64,000 bases of DNA from Candidatus Hodarchaeota archaeon (GTDB lineage: Archaea > Asgardarchaeota > Lokiarchaeia > Sigyniarchaeales > SOKP01), in assembly GCA_048886685.1 (NCBI GenBank), contig JBHLKM010000008.1:96001-160000 (forward strand), written 5' to 3'. Each line of letters opens with the position of its first letter. Position 1 is the first letter of the stretch. Under the pieces are notes generated by a model. The model searched no databases. It was not told the DNA's origin and saw only the letters and a list, made by a program, of their open reading frames with translations. The translations under genes and the position numbers were made by a program. Below, piece after piece: positions 60,641 through 64,000 of this stretch.

Positions 60641-62200
60641 TTATTCATATTCTATCGTTCCAGGGGGTTTATTGGTGATATCATATACGACTCTATTTAT
60701 TCCCCTAACCTCATTAATAATTCTTGTTCCTATTTTCTCTAATAAATCCCAGTTTAACTTAGCAAAATTGGCGGTCATGACATCAAGAGATTCAACAGCT
60801 CTAATCGCACAAATATATTCATATGTGCGGTAATCTCCCATGACACCAACAGTTTTTAGTGGTAAAAAAACACAAAAAGCTTGCCATAAAGCTTCATATA
60901 CTCCTCCTTTTTTAATTTCTTCAATTAAAATCTCGTCGGCTTCTCTTAAGATATTAAGCTTTTCTTTATTTATAGGACCTACAATTCTTACAGCCAAACC
61001 AGGTCCTGGAAAGGGATGTCTTGAGATTATTTCCTCTGGGATTCCGAGTTTTATTCCAATTTTTCTAACCTCGTCTTTATACAAGTTTTTTAATGGCTCG
61101 ATCACTTCTAGCATCATATTTTCTGGTAATGCTACATTATGATGTGATTTAATTCTTGCTGACGCCTTACTTGTTGCGCTTGTTTCCACTCGATCGGGAT
61201 AAATTGTTCCTTGGGCAAGGTATTTTATATCTGGATTTTCTTTTTCTAGTTCAATAGTTTTATTTTCAAATACCTCAATAAATGTATGACTAATTATCTT
61301 ACGCTTTTCTTCTGGATCCCCAATATTTTCAAGTCTATTTAAGAATAGTTCTTCAGCATCTACATAATGAAAATTTTTAAATTTCAATTTATCCTTGAAT
61401 GTCTTTTGGACTTCCATTTCTTCATTCTTCCTCAATAAACCATTATTTACAAACACGCTATGTAAGCGATCACCGATAGCTCTATGAATTAAAACAGCTG
61501 TTACAGAAGAATCTACTCCCCCACTTAACCCTAAAATCACTTTATTATTTGGGCCTATTTCGCTTTTAATTTCTTCAATAATACTTTCGATTAAACCTTC
61601 AACTTTCCATTCTTTTTTGCATTGAGCTATTTTAAATACAAAATTCTCTAAAATCTTATTACCTTTAGGAGTATTAACTACTTCGGGATGAAATTGAACA
61701 CCAAATAATAATTGTTCTTCATTTGAATAAGAAGCTACGGGGCAGGTTTCTGTTTTAGCTAAAGTTTTAAAACCCTTAGGTAAGGAAGTAACTTGATCAC
61801 CATGAGACATCCATACTATTTCTTCTCTATTTAATGAGTCGAAAAGAAGGTTTTTCTTTACAATAATAATATTTGTTTTACCATATTCCTTTGATTCTTT
61901 GGATTCCACCTTTCCTTTATGTTTATGTATAATTAAATGATGTCCATAGCAGATTCCTAAAATAGGGATTTTTTTTTCAGAAGTAAATTGAAATAATTCA
62001 TCACTTATAGTTGGACTATCTTTTTCATAGATACTATTCGGTCCTCCAGAAAATATTATAGCTTTAGGCATGATGCTTCTAATTTTGTCTAGACCAACAT
62101 CATAGGGAAAAATCTCTGAATATACTCCAAAATCCCGAATCCTCCTGGTGATTAAATGTGCATATTGCCCACCAAAATCCAAAACAATAACACAATCCAT
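60641..62200 (-). CDS. guaA: GMP synthase (glutamine-hydrolysing), fused form
   Basis: LDFGGQY, GICYG, QFHPEV, SGGVDS, IKSHHNV, HPFPGPGL, KPPGTIEYE. Confidence 0.98.
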   Translation of the reverse strand: MDCVIVLDFGGQYAHLITRRIRDFGVYSEIFPYDVGLDKIRSIMPKAIIFSGGPNSIYEKDSPTISDELFQFTSEKKIPILGICYGHHLIIHKHKGKVESKESKEYGKTNIIIVKKNLLFDSLNREEIVWMSHGDQVTSLPKGFKTLAKTETCPVASYSNEEQLLFGVQFHPEVVNTPKGNKILENFVFKIAQCKKEWKVEGLIESIIEEIKSEIGPNNKVILGLSGGVDSSVTAVLIHRAIGDRLHSVFVNNGLLRKNEEMEVQKTFKDKLKFKNFHYVDAEELFLNRLENIGDPEEKRKIISHTFIEVFENKTIELEKENPDIKYLAQGTIYPDRVETSATSKASARIKSHHNVALPENMMLEVIEPLKNLYKDEVRKIGIKLGIPEEIISRHPFPGPGLAVRIVGPINKEKLNILREADEILIEEIKKGGVYEALWQAFCVFLPLKTVGVMGDYRTYEYICAIRAVESLDVMTANFAKLNWDLLEKIGTRIINEVRGINRVVYDITNKPPGTIEYE

Positions 62201-62430
62201 TATTGAGAAACTCTTAACTTAGAATTGAAATATATCTTGAATTAATATTTTTTATGTTGAAATCGTTTCTTAATTATTTTTTAATAAGTTAAATAATCAA
62301 ATTAATTTTTCCAATTAGTCGTAGATTTTTTCTAACTTAAAATTATTTATTAAATAGATATTCAAAAAACCATTATAGCAAAAGAAATGATTGTAAATTA
62401 GATTTTCTTAAGAAATAATTATTAAAATAG

Positions 62431-62444
62431 GGGAAAAAATTCCC
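62431..62444. promoter_or_regulatory. Candidate operator GGGAAAAAATTCCC
   Basis: Exact GGGA-N6-TCCC in the divergent guaA / NfnA-like intergenic region. Confidence 0.55.
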
Positions 62445-62561
62445 ATAAACAGAGTGATTTACGATATATTTTTTTTAGGTCGAATTATTCTTCAATTAGG
62501 AGGAACAAAATTATTTTCGAATTGAATCTTCAAATAAATCTTGAATATAATAAGAATCGCA

Positions 62562-63446
62562 ATGCCTTTTAAAATTTTAAAAAAAATCCAACTTGGAAAA
62601 AGTGGTACATTATTTGAAATTGATATTTACGCCCCGCTAATAGCTAAGAAAGCATTTGCAGGTAACTTTATACTTCTTAGAATTAATGAAACAGGGGAGC
62701 GAATTCCCTTAACAATTGCTGATTATGATACTGATAACGGAACATTAACTATCGTTTTTCAAGTAATTGGAAAAAGTACAAAACTTCTTTCTACTCTGAA
62801 TGTAGAAGATGAAATTTTAGATGTTGTTGGACCATTAGGTAATAGAATTCATACTGAAAAATATGAAAATTCTGTTGTTATTGTTGGGGGTGGTGTTGGT
62901 ATAGCAGAATGTTATCCCCAAGCAAAGGAATTGAAAAACATAGGAAATAACATTATATCGATAATAGGAGCAAGGACGAAAGATTTAATATTTTGGAAAG
63001 ATAAAATGGCTGCTGTAACTGATACATTAATTATATGCACTGATGATGGAAGTGAAGGAATAGAGGGATTTGTAACAGATCCACTTAAAAAGCTACTCAA
63101 AACTGAGAAAATAAGTGTTGTGATAGCGATTGGACCATTAATCATGATGAAGAACGTTTCTCTTTTAACAAATGGATTGAATAATTTGCCTAAAGTAAGA
63201 ACCTATGTATCTTTAAATACAATAATGATTGATGGTACTGGAATGTGTGGGGGATGTCGATTCTCAACTCATGATGGTAACATATATTTTGCATGTGTTG
63301 AAGGACCTGATGTAGATGGGCATATAGTTGATTTTGATAATCTTTTAAATCGTTCTAAAAGATTTATTAAACAAGAACAGGAATCTTTAGAAAATTTTGA
63401 ACATGAATGTAAAGCTCTAGAAAAAACAGGGGGAAATGCATCTTAG
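62562..63446 (+). CDS. NfnA/SudB-like FAD/NAD-binding [2Fe-2S] protein
   Basis: GERIPLTIAD, VVGPLG, GGGVG, TDDGS, DGTGMCGGCR, ACVEGP; ATG at 62562. Confidence 0.92.
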   Translation: MPFKILKKIQLGKSGTLFEIDIYAPLIAKKAFAGNFILLRINETGERIPLTIADYDTDNGTLTIVFQVIGKSTKLLSTLNVEDEILDVVGPLGNRIHTEKYENSVVIVGGGVGIAECYPQAKELKNIGNNIISIIGARTKDLIFWKDKMAAVTDTLIICTDDGSEGIEGFVTDPLKKLLKTEKISVVIAIGPLIMMKNVSLLTNGLNNLPKVRTYVSLNTIMIDGTGMCGGCRFSTHDGNIYFACVEGPDVDGHIVDFDNLLNRSKRFIKQEQESLENFEHECKALEKTGGNAS

Positions 63447-64000
63447 AATGGAGTTCCAAACACCATTAATAAAAGTTTTGCTTGAGAATAAGGCTAAGAT
63501 TTTAGAGGCAAAAAGATATGGCACTGAATCTGAATTTCAAAACTTCCTTAATTTAATAATTAATGCAGAAAAACAACGACAAGCTGTTTTAAAAGGGATA
63601 AAAGAAATAGGCTCTATAAATATCCAAAAATTAAAGAATAATTTGGGCATAACAGAAGAAGCCCTGATTTATAATGTAGAGTATTTAAAAGAATTAGGTT
63701 CTTTGGAATTTATTGGGGAAAAATCAAGATTTTTTCAAAAAATAATTGAAAAAAATGGTTATACTGGCTTATTTCCAAATGTTTCAATAATAAGAGACAG
63801 AAATCTATGTTGTGGTTGTGGTTTATGTGATTCTATCTGCCCTGTAAAAGCAATAAACTATACAGGTAATACTTTTGAGCTAAAGGAAGAAGTTTGTTTC
63901 AACTGTGGGTTGTGTTTTTCATGTTGTCCAAGATCTTTCTTCCCAAAAACATTGAAAAGAATTAAAAAAAATACTCATTTAAATTCCAAATTTTCAGAAC
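63436..64000 (+). CDS. Partial CDS: helical/wHTH-like N-domain plus 2x[4Fe-4S], FrhB-type N-terminus (truncated by window edge)
   Basis: MHLRMEFQTPL...; IIRDRNLCCGCGLCDSICP...CFNCGLCFSCCPRS, open to the window end; overlaps the upstream stop. Confidence 0.7.
   Translation, partial: MHLRMEFQTPLIKVLLENKAKILEAKRYGTESEFQNFLNLIINAEKQRQAVLKGIKEIGSINIQKLKNNLGITEEALIYNVEYLKELGSLEFIGEKSRFFQKIIEKNGYTGLFPNVSIIRDRNLCCGCGLCDSICPVKAINYTGNTFELKEEVCFNCGLCFSCCPRSFFPKTLKRIKKNTHLNSKFSE

Noticed and set aside
62498-62572. AGGAGG followed by a 20-codon ATT-start upstream ORF overlapping the NfnA-like start
   Set aside because: No recognisable protein features and out of frame with the gene; unsupported without conservation data
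216-63145. Short antisense or overlapping ORFs in the track (e.g. 5655..6032, 10211..10612, 20071..20529, 45708..46058, 60840..61142)
   Set aside because: Shadows of well-supported genes, with no SD or motifs

Overview
AT-rich archaeal window. GGTGA/GGAGGT Shine-Dalgarno (SD) sites, TATA-type promoters, oligo-T terminators, split glutamate synthase, Hdr/Frh-type Fe-S proteins and a large acyl-CoA enzyme expansion fit best with Lokiarchaeia (Asgard); this assignment is inference. Bases 1-33 kb are an acyl-CoA/fatty-acid region: FATP-type ligase, four crotonases plus a deleted fifth copy, thiolase, 3-hydroxyacyl-CoA dehydrogenase, three FabK/NMO-like flavoproteins, two alkyl-sulfatase-like MBLs, and a cytoplasmic DmsA-like molybdoenzyme whose DmsB partner has a whole GltD-like module nested inside it. 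Bases 35-47 kb hold carAB, an ABC exporter pair, a 1.4 kb insert bracketed by a duplicated gene 3' end, and a DppB-DppC fusion lacking both EAA loops. Bases 47.8-64 kb are the best candidate for an undescribed system, a nitrogen-assimilation regulon. It contains glnA, an Lrp regulator, an unannotated ATA-start wHTH gene, two paralogous Zn-ribbon proteins ending LIYE, an HdrB-HdrC fusion coupled to three-part glutamate synthase, a second GltS-FMN protein, and an NfnA/SudB plus FrhB-like pair. Four upstream regions share a GGGA-N6-TCCC palindrome with NrpR-operator geometry. Several genes appear to start at ATT/ATA. No rRNA, tRNA, CRISPR array, transposase or integrase was recognised. All family calls come from motif reading by eye, not database searches.
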